Part shown: positions 1-8,706 of the stretch, one piece after another
How the letters are laid out: every line of letters starts with the position of its first letter
Numbering within the stretch: the first letter of the stretch is position 1
DNA from: Nanobdellota archaeon
Lineage (GTDB): Archaea; Nanobdellota; Nanobdellia; Nanobdellales; Nanobdellaceae
Assembly: GCA_042850255.1 (NCBI GenBank)
Contig: AP031373.1
Coordinates: 360,001-392,000 of the forward strand
DNA length: 32,000 nucleotides
Direction of reading: 5' to 3'
Made by a program: the position numbers and the translations under genes
Notes under the pieces: model-generated
What the model was told of the DNA's origin: nothing
The model's database searches: none
Seen by the model: only the letters and a program-made list of their open reading frames with translations

Positions 1-387
1 TTAGAAGCTATGAGAAAAATAAAAGAGATGGAAAAAGAAGGAGATTTAATATTAGATACCCATTTAGTTATAGAATCTTATGCTGGATATATACCAGGAA
101 TAATTAGAAAATTTGCAGAAATATTAAAACCGGATGGAATTGCAATAATAGTATCGGATCCAGATAAAATATTTGTAAGAAGGTTAAGGGATATATCAAT
201 AAGAGGAAGAGATATTGAAGAATTAAATAAAATAGAAATACAACAAAATTTAACAATATATTTTACAACAATATTTATGTTTGAATATCATACAACAGTT
301 CAGATAATAGAAAATCAAGAAGGATTGTTGGATGAAGCTGCAAAAAAATTTGCAGATTTTGTAAATAAATTAAAAGAAAGTAAATGA
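1..387 (+). CDS. adkA: Archaeal-type adenylate kinase, C-terminal part (5' end lies outside the window)
   Basis: Frame is open from nt 1. DTHLVIESYAGYIPGI...IIVSDPDKIFVRRLRD..RGRD parallels the archaeal AdkA pattern (DTHxxIxTPxGYxPG ... DPxxIxxRxxRDxxRxR) as in Sulfolobus AdkA. The stop overlaps the next start (ATGA at 384-387). Confidence 0.75.
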   Translation, partial: LEAMRKIKEMEKEGDLILDTHLVIESYAGYIPGIIRKFAEILKPDGIAIIVSDPDKIFVRRLRDISIRGRDIEELNKIEIQQNLTIYFTTIFMFEYHTTVQIIENQEGLLDEAAKKFADFVNKLKESK

Positions 388-2717
388 AAAAATATATATT
401 AATTTTATTTTTATTATTAGGATTAAAATATATTTATTCTCAAAATTTATTTGGATATCCAATTATTCCTGCTCCGTCAAGTTTTTTTAATTTGACATAT
501 ATAAATCTAAATATAAATTCTTCTAATATTAATAGTGCAATTTCCTCTTATTTTGCTTCTGCTCTTATTACTGCATTATTGGGAGTTTATAATATTGAAT
601 ATGTATTATCAGATAATCAAGTATCTACCCCTATATCTTTAAATCAAGCAGAATATCTATATTTTTATTATAATTTCCCCTTACCAGTAGAATTTTGTAT
701 AGTAAATTCTTCTAATCCTCCAGCTCTACCTACTAATGTTAGTTGTTTATATAACTATACATCTACAAGTTTATTTAATTATATTTATTTAAATCCAGGA
801 AATTATTCTTTAATTATATATAATGGTAATTCTATTCCAATATATGGATTTTTTTATTATTACACAGAAGATACATCAAATTATCCTATGTTTTTACCAT
901 ATGGAATTTCAGATTTTGGTATAGCTTTATTTAATGATTCAGATGTATATTTCTATTCTTATAATACTACAGAATTTATAGGAGAAGTAAATGTAAATAA
1001 TTTACAGTTAAGTAATTTATATTGTAATACAAATGGTTTAACATTCCAATTAAATACAATATTACTTGTCAATACAACTAATGAATCACAATATTATTTT
1101 TTACAAAATGTTTTAGAATTAAATCTTTCTTCAAATACATATTTTTTTGCAGATAATATATGGAATTTTACATATCCTTCTTATAGTTTAACACAAGGTT
1201 CTATTCAAGGTAATGGAAAAATATCTCAATATAATAATACATACTTTTATGGTTATGTAGATAATCAGATATATAATTTAAACTATCCATTAACAGTTTA
1301 TTTAGTAACTAATATTACAGAAAATAATAATTATCCAGAAGTACAATTTGGTTATAGTCTTGATGGGGAAAATATTATATGGTACGATAATGTAACTATA
1401 GAAGTACCTAGTAATAGTTATTATATGGTTGTTTCTCCAGTATTAATTTTTTTGGGAGGATTTGGAGAAGCATCTTTAATAATTGGTGGTCCTGGATTTG
1501 GAACTTGTTCTTATATAAATAACGCAAATCTAAACTTATCCCTTTATTTTTTATATAATTATAACAATATACAGGCAATTTCTCCTATAGAATATTTTTT
1601 TAATTATGGTTTACTTACTGAAGAGACATCTTCTAATATATTTCCTGAACAATATGAATACTATTTAACATATTATTCTGGTCAACCTATATTATCCTTT
1701 TTTTCTTATACTACAACAAGTCAAAATTATTATAATGTTACTATAATATATCCAAATGGTACAGAAATCTCTAATATTTATCCGGCAAATTATGAATTAA
1801 ATATTACATTTCCGCAATATATAAATATATCTAATTATTCTATAGAGAATTTATCTTCTATAATAATAAATGGGCAACCTTATTATAATAATCCAATAGA
1901 AATATCTGTAAATAATAATTTAACTATAGTTCCAAATTATACTTTGGAATATTTATTGCAGATAAATAGCCCATATGCTTATATATTAAATGGTAATATA
2001 TATTATGGAAACAATTCTTTTTGGATACCTTATGGAGATCAAATAAATTTAGAATTTCGTAAAATTATTTATATAAGCAATTACACTAGATACTTTTTAT
2101 ATGATGTTTATGTAAATAATTTATTATATAATTCTAGTAATTTAACTATAAATATAAACAATTATACAGAAGTATATGCAAATTATGTACTGCAATATTT
2201 AGTTAATATTTCATCTCCGTTTCAATTTTCTTTAAATAATGAAAATTATTATAACTTCACAAATTGGGTAAATAATGGGACAGAGATAAATATAGAATGG
2301 AATAGTATAAATAATATAAATCAGGATGAAAGATATTATTGTAATATAAATAATCAAGATATAAATATCACAGGCCCTATTAATATTGATATATCCAATT
2401 ATTGCAATTTACAATATTTAGTTACTATATATACAAATTTACCAGTAAATATATCAATAAATGGAGAAATATATGATATAAATGGAACATATTCTAATTA
2501 TTTTAATAAGGGGACTATAATAAATATAGAACCTATAAAATATAAATTTTCTTCCTTTTTTACTTATACAATCTATTATTATTCTGGAAATAATTATTAT
2601 GTAGATTCTCCACAATATATAGATATAATTTTTGATAAAAAGTCTGGATATAATTATTTAAATATAGGTATTTTATCTTCAGTTATTGCAGGAGTAGTGA
2701 TCTTTATTTTATGGTAA
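384..2717 (+). CDS. Thermopsin-like (MEROPS A5-like) secreted, C-terminally anchored surface glycoprotein with three C-terminal tandem repeats
   Basis: Signal peptide MKKYILILFLLLGLKYIYSQ. Blocks GISDFG, LTFQLNTILLVNTTNESQYYFLQNVLEL, FFADNIWNFT and GGPGFG parallel Sulfolobus thermopsin blocks recalled from memory (GIASFG, ATLQFNIVLSVNTSNGVYAYWLQDVGQF, TFIDNVWNLT, WGGGGNG). C-terminal hydrophobic anchor IGILSSVIAGVVIFILW. Dozens of N-x-S/T sequons. Confidence 0.6.
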   Translation: MKKYILILFLLLGLKYIYSQNLFGYPIIPAPSSFFNLTYINLNINSSNINSAISSYFASALITALLGVYNIEYVLSDNQVSTPISLNQAEYLYFYYNFPLPVEFCIVNSSNPPALPTNVSCLYNYTSTSLFNYIYLNPGNYSLIIYNGNSIPIYGFFYYYTEDTSNYPMFLPYGISDFGIALFNDSDVYFYSYNTTEFIGEVNVNNLQLSNLYCNTNGLTFQLNTILLVNTTNESQYYFLQNVLELNLSSNTYFFADNIWNFTYPSYSLTQGSIQGNGKISQYNNTYFYGYVDNQIYNLNYPLTVYLVTNITENNNYPEVQFGYSLDGENIIWYDNVTIEVPSNSYYMVVSPVLIFLGGFGEASLIIGGPGFGTCSYINNANLNLSLYFLYNYNNIQAISPIEYFFNYGLLTEETSSNIFPEQYEYYLTYYSGQPILSFFSYTTTSQNYYNVTIIYPNGTEISNIYPANYELNITFPQYINISNYSIENLSSIIINGQPYYNNPIEISVNNNLTIVPNYTLEYLLQINSPYAYILNGNIYYGNNSFWIPYGDQINLEFRKIIYISNYTRYFLYDVYVNNLLYNSSNLTININNYTEVYANYVLQYLVNISSPFQFSLNNENYYNFTNWVNNGTEINIEWNSINNINQDERYYCNINNQDINITGPINIDISNYCNLQYLVTIYTNLPVNISINGEIYDINGTYSNYFNKGTIINIEPIKYKFSSFFTYTIYYYSGNNYYVDSPQYIDIIFDKKSGYNYLNIGILSSVIAGVVIFILW
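1935..2640 (+). repeat. Three divergent tandem protein-level repeats (about 72-82 aa each) inside the thermopsin-like ORF
   Basis: Repeat starts at 1935 (NYTLEYLLQINSP..NG..Y....W..YGDQINLEF), 2181 (NYVLQYLVNISSP..NN..Y....W..NGTEINIEW) and 2397 (NYCNLQYLVTIYT..NG..Y....Y..KGTIINIEP). The DNA core caatatttagtta recurs at about 2193 and about 2411. Confidence 0.5.
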
Positions 2718-2776
2718 TAATTAAAATTGGAATTTATATAAAAAAATTTTTATTTTTATGAAGTGTTATATTATTT

Positions 2777-3253
2777 ATGATAAATTATAGTAGTTTAATT
2801 AATATAGGTGCAAGTATATTGGTTATAATAATTGTTGTTTTTCTTGCTATATGGATTATTAACTCTATTTTATTATATATTGCTGCAAAAATAGTTAATA
2901 GTAACGTAACATTCGGTAAAGTACTAGGTGCTACATTTCTTGCTCCAATAATTGCCCTTATAATATTACGTATATTTTCTTTTATAGGATTTTCATTAAT
3001 AGGTTATATTGTGTCATTTATAGCAATTTTAGCTTTGTATAAAAATCAATTTGAAGTTGGTTGGGGTGGAGCTTTTGCTATAGTAGTATTGTATGCTATA
3101 ATTGTAATTGCAATACTCTTTTCTATTATATATATTGTTAAATTCCCAGTTATTAGTTATATAGAAAATATAACTCATGTTAATTTATCAAGTATACAAA
3201 ATATAACAAGTTTAATTAGTCAAAAATTATCAGGTATAAATTTTAAAATATAA
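2777..3253 (+). CDS. Small multi-pass membrane protein, function unknown
   Basis: 158-aa ORF with about 4 hydrophobic helices and no recognisable motif. Confidence 0.55.
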   Translation: MINYSSLINIGASILVIIIVVFLAIWIINSILLYIAAKIVNSNVTFGKVLGATFLAPIIALIILRIFSFIGFSLIGYIVSFIAILALYKNQFEVGWGGAFAIVVLYAIIVIAILFSIIYIVKFPVISYIENITHVNLSSIQNITSLISQKLSGINFKI

Positions 3254-3254
3254 A

Positions 3255-3328
3255 TGGGGCCGCCGGGATTTGAACCCGGGACCACCGGTACCCCAAACCG
3301 ACATCCTTCCAGGCTGGACTACGGCCCC
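3255..3328 (-). tRNA. tRNA-Pro (anticodon GGG)
   Basis: 74-nt cloverleaf on the minus strand: acceptor GGGGCCG/CGGCCCC, D arm GTCC-AGCCTGGAA-GGAT, anticodon arm TCGGT-TTGGGGT-ACCGG, T arm CCGGG-TTCAAAT-CCCGG, discriminator A. No encoded CCA and no intron. GC-rich island in AT-rich DNA. Confidence 0.92.
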
Positions 3329-3358
3329 AATATTATTTGTTAAAGTTAAAAATTCTAT

Positions 3359-4576
3359 TTAAAAATGTTCTAATAGTAAAAATTTCCATAAAGGTATATA
3401 TTTTATTTTCTTATTTCCTAAATCTATTTCATCTTCATAATCCCATGTGATTATATATCCATTATTTATTTTCAATTCGTTCATAGCTTCCTTTAATTTT
3501 TTTATATCTTCTTCATTATTTTCTAAACTAACTTCTATTAAAATTTTTTTGTCTAAAACATAAAAATCTATTTCTTTTCCAGATTTTGTTATATAATAGT
3601 ATATATTCTTATATTTTCTTAATAATTCTATGAAAACTAGATTTTCCACTTTTCTTCCTAGATTAATTCCTTGTTCAAATAAATTTGTAAATGATACATC
3701 TATATTATAAATTTTTTTTGGAGATATTATCTTTTTTCTTTCAGAATAATAAAAAGGTTCTATTATAAAAATTAAAAAAGAATTCCTCATATAACTTATA
3801 TACCTTATTATTGTCTTTGTATCTATTTTTATTCCCAAATTTTCTACTGTATCTTTTATAGAGTTATATGTAAATCTATTAGAAAAATTTGATAATATAT
3901 AATAAAATATTTCTTTAAAAATTTCTATATCTTTTATTTTATATCTTTCTATTATATCTCTGTAAAAAACAGATTCTAGTATAGAAATTATTTTTTCTCT
4001 AGATTTCTGTATCCAAATTTCTGGAAATCCCCCCCATTTTATATAATTTTCTAATAAATTTAATACTTTCCCTTTTTCTCTGAATGTCTTTATCTCAAAA
4101 TTAATAATTTCTCTAAAAGAAATTGGTAAAATTAGTTCTGATATATATCTTCCTCTCAATTTACTTGGTATCTCTGAAGATTGTAATGTTGAAGAAGAAC
4201 CAGAAATAAATATATAAAAGTCTTTTACATCATGTAACCATCTCAAATTATAATCCCAATTTTTCCATTCTTGTATTTCATCTAAAAATAAATAAACCTT
4301 GTCTTTTGGATATTCTGATCTAACTAATTCGGCAAATTTTCTTACATCAATATTCAATAACATAGGTTCATCAAAAGAAATATAAATAACTTGTTTTTCA
4401 TTATCTAAAAGTTCTTTTGCTTTATTTAACATTAAAAATGTTTTTCCGACTCTTCTGGGTCCTATTATTGATACTATATCTGTAGTTTCTGGTATATCTA
4501 TATTTCTTTTTATCTTATTTTTTACGTATCTTAACGAGTCTATATATTCATAAGTTATTTCTTTTAGCATCCCCAT
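3359..4576 (-). CDS. AAA-type P-loop ATPase with a DUF4143-like C-terminal (PD-(D/E)xK-like) domain
   Basis: Walker A IIGPRRVGKTF, Walker B YLFLDEIQ, C-terminal EIDFYV...ILIEVS. The ORF is open to 4627, but its first 17 codons (MEMYSTIFIYTYGILFH) look non-native. ATG at 4576 has TTTATATA (complement of 4599-4606) centred about 26 nt upstream. Confidence 0.8.
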   Translation of the reverse strand: MGMLKEITYEYIDSLRYVKNKIKRNIDIPETTDIVSIIGPRRVGKTFLMLNKAKELLDNEKQVIYISFDEPMLLNIDVRKFAELVRSEYPKDKVYLFLDEIQEWKNWDYNLRWLHDVKDFYIFISGSSSTLQSSEIPSKLRGRYISELILPISFREIINFEIKTFREKGKVLNLLENYIKWGGFPEIWIQKSREKIISILESVFYRDIIERYKIKDIEIFKEIFYYILSNFSNRFTYNSIKDTVENLGIKIDTKTIIRYISYMRNSFLIFIIEPFYYSERKKIISPKKIYNIDVSFTNLFEQGINLGRKVENLVFIELLRKYKNIYYYITKSGKEIDFYVLDKKILIEVSLENNEEDIKKLKEAMNELKINNGYIITWDYEDEIDLGNKKIKYIPLWKFLLLEHF

Positions 4577-4577
4577 A

Positions 4578-4626
4578 TGGAATAATATTCCATAAGTATA
4601 TATAAATATTGTGGAATACATTTCCA
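4578..4626. promoter_or_regulatory. Two copies of the inverted repeat TGGAA-N5-TTCCA flanking the TATA-like element of the ATPase promoter (candidate operator pair)
   Basis: Copy 1 is 4578-4592 (tggaa taata ttcca) and copy 2 is 4612-4626 (tggaa tacat ttcca), centres 34 bp apart. They bracket tatataaa at 4599-4606. G/C-containing arms are unusual in this AT-rich DNA. Confidence 0.35.
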
Positions 4627-4663
4627 TAAAATAGTTTATTAAATTTTATTTTATGTAAAAAAT

Positions 4664-5465
4664 ATGGATCGGTTCATATAAAATATATTATTTAGGCCCT
4701 GAAGGAAGTTTTAGTGAAGAAGCTGCAGAAAAAATAGTAAGAGAATTTAATTTAGGTATAGAAAAATTAATACCAGTAAAATCGTTTAAGGATATATTTG
4801 AAAATATAAATAATAAAAGTTTTGGATTAATTCCAATAGAAAATAATTATAGTGGAAGTGTAAGGGAAATATATTATTTATTATTAAAATATAAACCAGC
4901 ATTAATTTTTGGTATAGATCATTTGATTGAATTATATTTAATTGGAAAAAGAAATATAGATGGAAAATATGTATATTCACACCCACAAGCAATAGAACAA
5001 GCAACTGAATATATAAGGAATAAAAATTTAATTCCTATACAATCATCTTCCACATCAGAAGCTGTTAGAATAGTAAAAGAAAAATATAATAATAATATAT
5101 TTGATTCTTATGCTATAGCAAATAGAAAAGCTGCAGAGATCTATAATTTAGATATTATAGAAAAAATAGAAACAATAAATAATTATACAAGATTTTTATT
5201 AATTGGAAAAGAAAAAATAATTGATAAAGGTAATAGAACAATAATAATATTTAATGTTGAAAATAAACCAGGTAGTCTATATAAATTTTTAGAATATTTT
5301 GCTAAGAAAAATATAAATTTATCAAAAATAGAATCTATACCAATAAAAAATGGAAAATGGGAATATTTATTTATAGTAGAATATGAGGGAGATAAAGAAA
5401 TTATAGATAAAAAAGAAATAAATGGGAAAATATTATATATAGATGATTACTATTTAAAAATTTAG
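4664..5465 (+). CDS. pheA: Prephenate dehydratase (PDT domain + ACT domain); start unresolved, possibly a frameshift near the 5' end
   Basis: KIYYLGPEGSFSEEAA...GLIPIENNYSGSV...SHPQAIEQ...TRFLLIG...NKPGSLYKFLEYFAKKNINLSKIESIP. The conserved frame is open from 4659 but has no ATG/GTG/TTG before the TTG at 4923. ATG at 4664 is in another frame and stops after 5 codons (MDRFI*). Confidence 0.7.
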
Positions 5466-6052
5466 AAAATATATGGGATAAATCTATAGGTTTCTTTCAT
5501 ATATTGTTTATATTCATCTCCAAATTTATCTATCATATATTTTTCTTCAGGTAATACTTCTCCTACATATACAAATATATCAACAATTATTGAAGCTAGC
5601 ACTCCTACTATATTAAAAGTTACAAAACCTAAACCTAGAAATATTAACATTTCTCCAAAATATCCAGGATGTCTTATATATTTGTATATTCCTTTTTTTA
5701 TTATTTGTTGAGATTCTGCAATTCCTATATATGGTAAATAATATTTACCTAAAGTAGCTTCTGCAACTCCTTGATATATTATTCCTATTATAAATAGTAA
5801 GAATCCTATAGTATATCCTACATAATAACTAAATATTCCAAAATTATAATAATCTGCAATAGAAGAGAATATAACTATTAGGGTCATCCCAATTAAGACA
5901 AACAATATAAATAATACTAGAGAATATAATTTACGTTCTATTATTTTTTCTTTTTCTTCTTTTACTACTATAAATGGTATTGCTATTCCTATAACTGTTT
6001 CAGCTACTATAAAAAGATATAGATATTCTTCTAGTCCTATATTTATTATCAT
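5462..6052 (-). CDS. Membrane methyltransferase of the isoprenylcysteine carboxyl methyltransferase / phospholipid methyltransferase family
   Basis: Multi-pass membrane protein with the family motif GIYKYIRHPGYFGEMLIFLGLG. 4-nt convergent overlap with pheA. Confidence 0.7.
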   Translation of the reverse strand: MIINIGLEEYLYLFIVAETVIGIAIPFIVVKEEKEKIIERKLYSLVLFILFVLIGMTLIVIFSSIADYYNFGIFSYYVGYTIGFLLFIIGIIYQGVAEATLGKYYLPYIGIAESQQIIKKGIYKYIRHPGYFGEMLIFLGLGFVTFNIVGVLASIIVDIFVYVGEVLPEEKYMIDKFGDEYKQYMKETYRFIPYIF

Positions 6053-6089
6053 AAAATTTTAATCTAATTTATATAATATAAATCTTTAT

Positions 6090-6162
6090 TGCCACCGCCG
6101 GGATTTGAACCCGGGACCTCTGCCTTACCAGGGCAGCGCTCTACCATCTGAGCTACGGTGGC
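6090..6162 (-). tRNA. tRNA-Thr (anticodon GGU)
   Basis: 73-nt cloverleaf: acceptor GCCACCG/CGGTGGC, D arm GCTC-AGATGGTA-GAGC, anticodon arm CTGCC-CTGGTAA-GGCAG, T arm CCGGG-TTCAAAT-CCCGG, discriminator A. No CCA and no intron. Confidence 0.92.
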
Positions 6163-7088
6163 TATTTTCCTATCTTTTTTGATACTATATTTATATATTG
6201 TGGATTAATTGTATATAAATACTCTTTGTTTCCTTCTTCTCTTAAAACAACTCCCTCTTTATACATCCTATTTAAATATTTTGTTACAGTATTTCTTGGA
6301 AGTTCTAATATTTTTGAAATTTCCCTGGTAGATAATTTATTTCCTATTAAAAGTTCCAAAATTTTTATTTGTGTTTCTGACAAATTAACATTATGATTTT
6401 GTAAATTATTTTCCTCTTTTTGTTCAGGTCCTTTTATTATATCTTTTATTGGATGATTCATATTTTCTAAAATATTATTTAATTCTATAAATATCGATCT
6501 TACATTATTTCCGTTTTTTCTTATTATTCTTTTTAAATATTCACCGTCAAATTTTATTTTTCCTTTTAATTTTTTATTAATTATTTCTATTATAGTATTT
6601 TCATCAGGAAATCTCATTTCTATCTTTTCTTGTAATCTATTCAAAAATGAAGGAGTAGCATTCATTATTTGAGGGGAAGGTTGTATTAACATTATAGAAT
6701 AAGCAATTTTATTATCATATAAGTATTTTAATTCTTTTGAAACATCTTCAGGAAAATTATAAAATTCATCTAATATTAATACAATAGGTAATTTATTCTT
6801 AAATTTAAAAAACAGGAATTTTATATATAAATTCTCTTCTATTTTTTTATTTATATCTTTATCATATTCCCCATTAATATATATTATATTATAAGTATCT
6901 GAAAGATCTTTTTTTATTTTAAAAGCTAATGAAGTCTTTCCAGATCCTATAGGTCCATATAATAAAAATATTTCTCCATTTTTTATAGAGTTTTCAACCT
7001 TCTTTATTATATCATCAACCCCTATTAATTCTTCATTAGGCCTTATATCCAAAGGATTTCTTATGAACCCATATTTTCTCCACCACAT
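6162..7088 (-). CDS. P-loop (AAA/Orc1-Cdc6-like) ATPase with a C-terminal winged-helix DNA-binding domain
   Basis: Walker A YGPIGSGKTSL, Walker B LILDEF, C-terminal wHTH LSETQIKILELLIGNKLSTREISKILELPRNTVTKYLNRMYKEGVV. It starts 1 nt after the upstream stop. The last base of its TAG stop is nt 1 of tRNA-Thr. Confidence 0.7.
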   Translation of the reverse strand: MWWRKYGFIRNPLDIRPNEELIGVDDIIKKVENSIKNGEIFLLYGPIGSGKTSLAFKIKKDLSDTYNIIYINGEYDKDINKKIEENLYIKFLFFKFKNKLPIVLILDEFYNFPEDVSKELKYLYDNKIAYSIMLIQPSPQIMNATPSFLNRLQEKIEMRFPDENTIIEIINKKLKGKIKFDGEYLKRIIRKNGNNVRSIFIELNNILENMNHPIKDIIKGPEQKEENNLQNHNVNLSETQIKILELLIGNKLSTREISKILELPRNTVTKYLNRMYKEGVVLREEGNKEYLYTINPQYINIVSKKIGK

Positions 7089-7089
7089 A

Positions 7090-8706
7090 TTATTTTATTA
7101 TTTCTTTTAATTCTATATATGTAGCCAAAGACCATAACTGATGTATAGCACCTGTGACTTTAATTTTGCTTGCATACGATCTTTCTGGTAGTGTTCCTAT
7201 CATTTTTATAAATTCAAAATCAGAACTAATAATTTTATCAATTATATCTCTATATTTTTCTTTATTAACTTTGTATAAAGAAATAGCAGCAATATTATTT
7301 ATATAAATCCAAGAATCTCCATTGTGCATTGATTTTCCTTCATTTCTAAAATAATTGTCTTCATTGCTTTCAGGAATAAAAGATCTATCTAATTTCGATA
7401 AACTTGAAATTCCTCCCCATGGTAAATATAGATGAATTAATGAATAATCAAATATTTTTTCCCATTCAGAACTTGAAAAAATACTATCGTAATAATAATA
7501 GGATAAAAATACATTACATCTTATTTTTTTATCTTTTAAATCATCATATAAAGAAAAATCTGATAAATAATAAGATTTTATTGATGATTTCAATTTTTCT
7601 AATTTTTCTTTATATTCATTTATTCCAGTATAATTGTATAATTTATCATATACATTTAACATTAAAAATTGTATTTCAATTGGATATTCTCTATTTAAAG
7701 TATCCATCCATGTTTCATTTGGATAAGCTTTAAATAAAAATATTTTTTCATTTAAATAATTTTCTTCATAATTTTTTAATTTTTCTATTATTATTTTTAT
7801 TATCTTATCAAATTCTTCTTTAGTAAATAAATCTTTAAAATCAAATAATCTTTTTACATATAATCCAAATCCATCAGAATTGCCTATATTTTGATTTTTT
7901 ATATTTTTTAATCTTCCATCTGGTAGAAAATAATTTGAATATTCTATCAATTTTTCTTTAACTAGATTCCTATATCCAGAATAATACAGACCAGGTAAGG
8001 ATATTAATACATCTCTAGTCCATTCTTGAAAATACCATGGAAAACCCGCAGAAATAGTGCTATTATTTATAAAAGAAGATAATCTATCTTTTATCAAATC
8101 ATTTTTTGGAATATATTTTTCATTATTTTCCTTCCAATAAATCTCTATTTTATTTCCTATAAATGTAAATGGGGAATATAAATATCTTTCATATGGTGGA
8201 GATTTTCTATATTCATCGTATTTATAATATACTTTTATCCATTTTTCTTCATTTTCAATATAACTTTTATAACCTTTTATATATAGTTCAAAGTATATTT
8301 CTCCTTTATTAAATTTTATTTTTATCTCTTTTTTATCTTTTTCTACATTATATATCCTTCCCCATTCATCTATATCATATAAATGTCTTATATCAAAGTA
8401 TATATTTATTCTGGATTCTTTATTTGTTTTATATATTATTTTATTTTCTAATAATTCATACTCCTCCCAATCATCGTCTTCATAATTTATCCTTAATTTA
8501 TTATAATCTTCCAATATTATTTCCTTTATTTTTTTCTTCTTTAAATTTGTATTTTCTATCCTATCTATTGTTTTTATATAATAATCTTTATATGGAAGTA
8601 GTAAACCAAAATATCTACTATTATATAATAAAGGTAACAAGAAAATAGCATTTTTAGCGGTAATTAATGAATAATAAAACTCTGTTAATTTTAATGGAAA
8701 TTCCAT
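7090..8706 (-). CDS. Glycogen debranching enzyme (amylo-alpha-1,6-glucosidase, GDE_C-type)
   Basis: FPWYFQEWTRDVLISLPGL matches the WFxxxWGRDxxISLPGL signature. NGDSWIYINN near the C-terminus. 538 aa. Confidence 0.75.
   Translation of the reverse strand: MEFPLKLTEFYYSLITAKNAIFLLPLLYNSRYFGLLLPYKDYYIKTIDRIENTNLKKKKIKEIILEDYNKLRINYEDDDWEEYELLENKIIYKTNKESRINIYFDIRHLYDIDEWGRIYNVEKDKKEIKIKFNKGEIYFELYIKGYKSYIENEEKWIKVYYKYDEYRKSPPYERYLYSPFTFIGNKIEIYWKENNEKYIPKNDLIKDRLSSFINNSTISAGFPWYFQEWTRDVLISLPGLYYSGYRNLVKEKLIEYSNYFLPDGRLKNIKNQNIGNSDGFGLYVKRLFDFKDLFTKEEFDKIIKIIIEKLKNYEENYLNEKIFLFKAYPNETWMDTLNREYPIEIQFLMLNVYDKLYNYTGINEYKEKLEKLKSSIKSYYLSDFSLYDDLKDKKIRCNVFLSYYYYDSIFSSSEWEKIFDYSLIHLYLPWGGISSLSKLDRSFIPESNEDNYFRNEGKSMHNGDSWIYINNIAAISLYKVNKEKYRDIIDKIISSDFEFIKMIGTLPERSYASKIKVTGAIHQLWSLATYIELKEIIK

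Noticed and set aside
3260-6119. Identical 24-nt sequence ccgccgggatttgaacccgggacc at 3260-3283 and 6095-6118
   Set aside because: It is the T arm plus part of the acceptor stem of the two tRNAs. This is ordinary tRNA conservation, not an att site or a repeat element.
3255-6162. Segment bounded by tRNA-Pro and tRNA-Thr (ATPase, broken pheA, methyltransferase) considered as an integrated element
   Set aside because: There is no integrase, no partial tRNA duplication or direct repeats, and no visible compositional shift.
4786-8648. Track ORFs 4786-5004(-), 7404-7733(+) and 8424-8648(+)
   Set aside because: They lie antisense within well-supported genes (pheA, the debranching enzyme). Their low-complexity I/L/F/Y/N-rich translations are typical shadow ORFs in AT-rich DNA, with no motifs.
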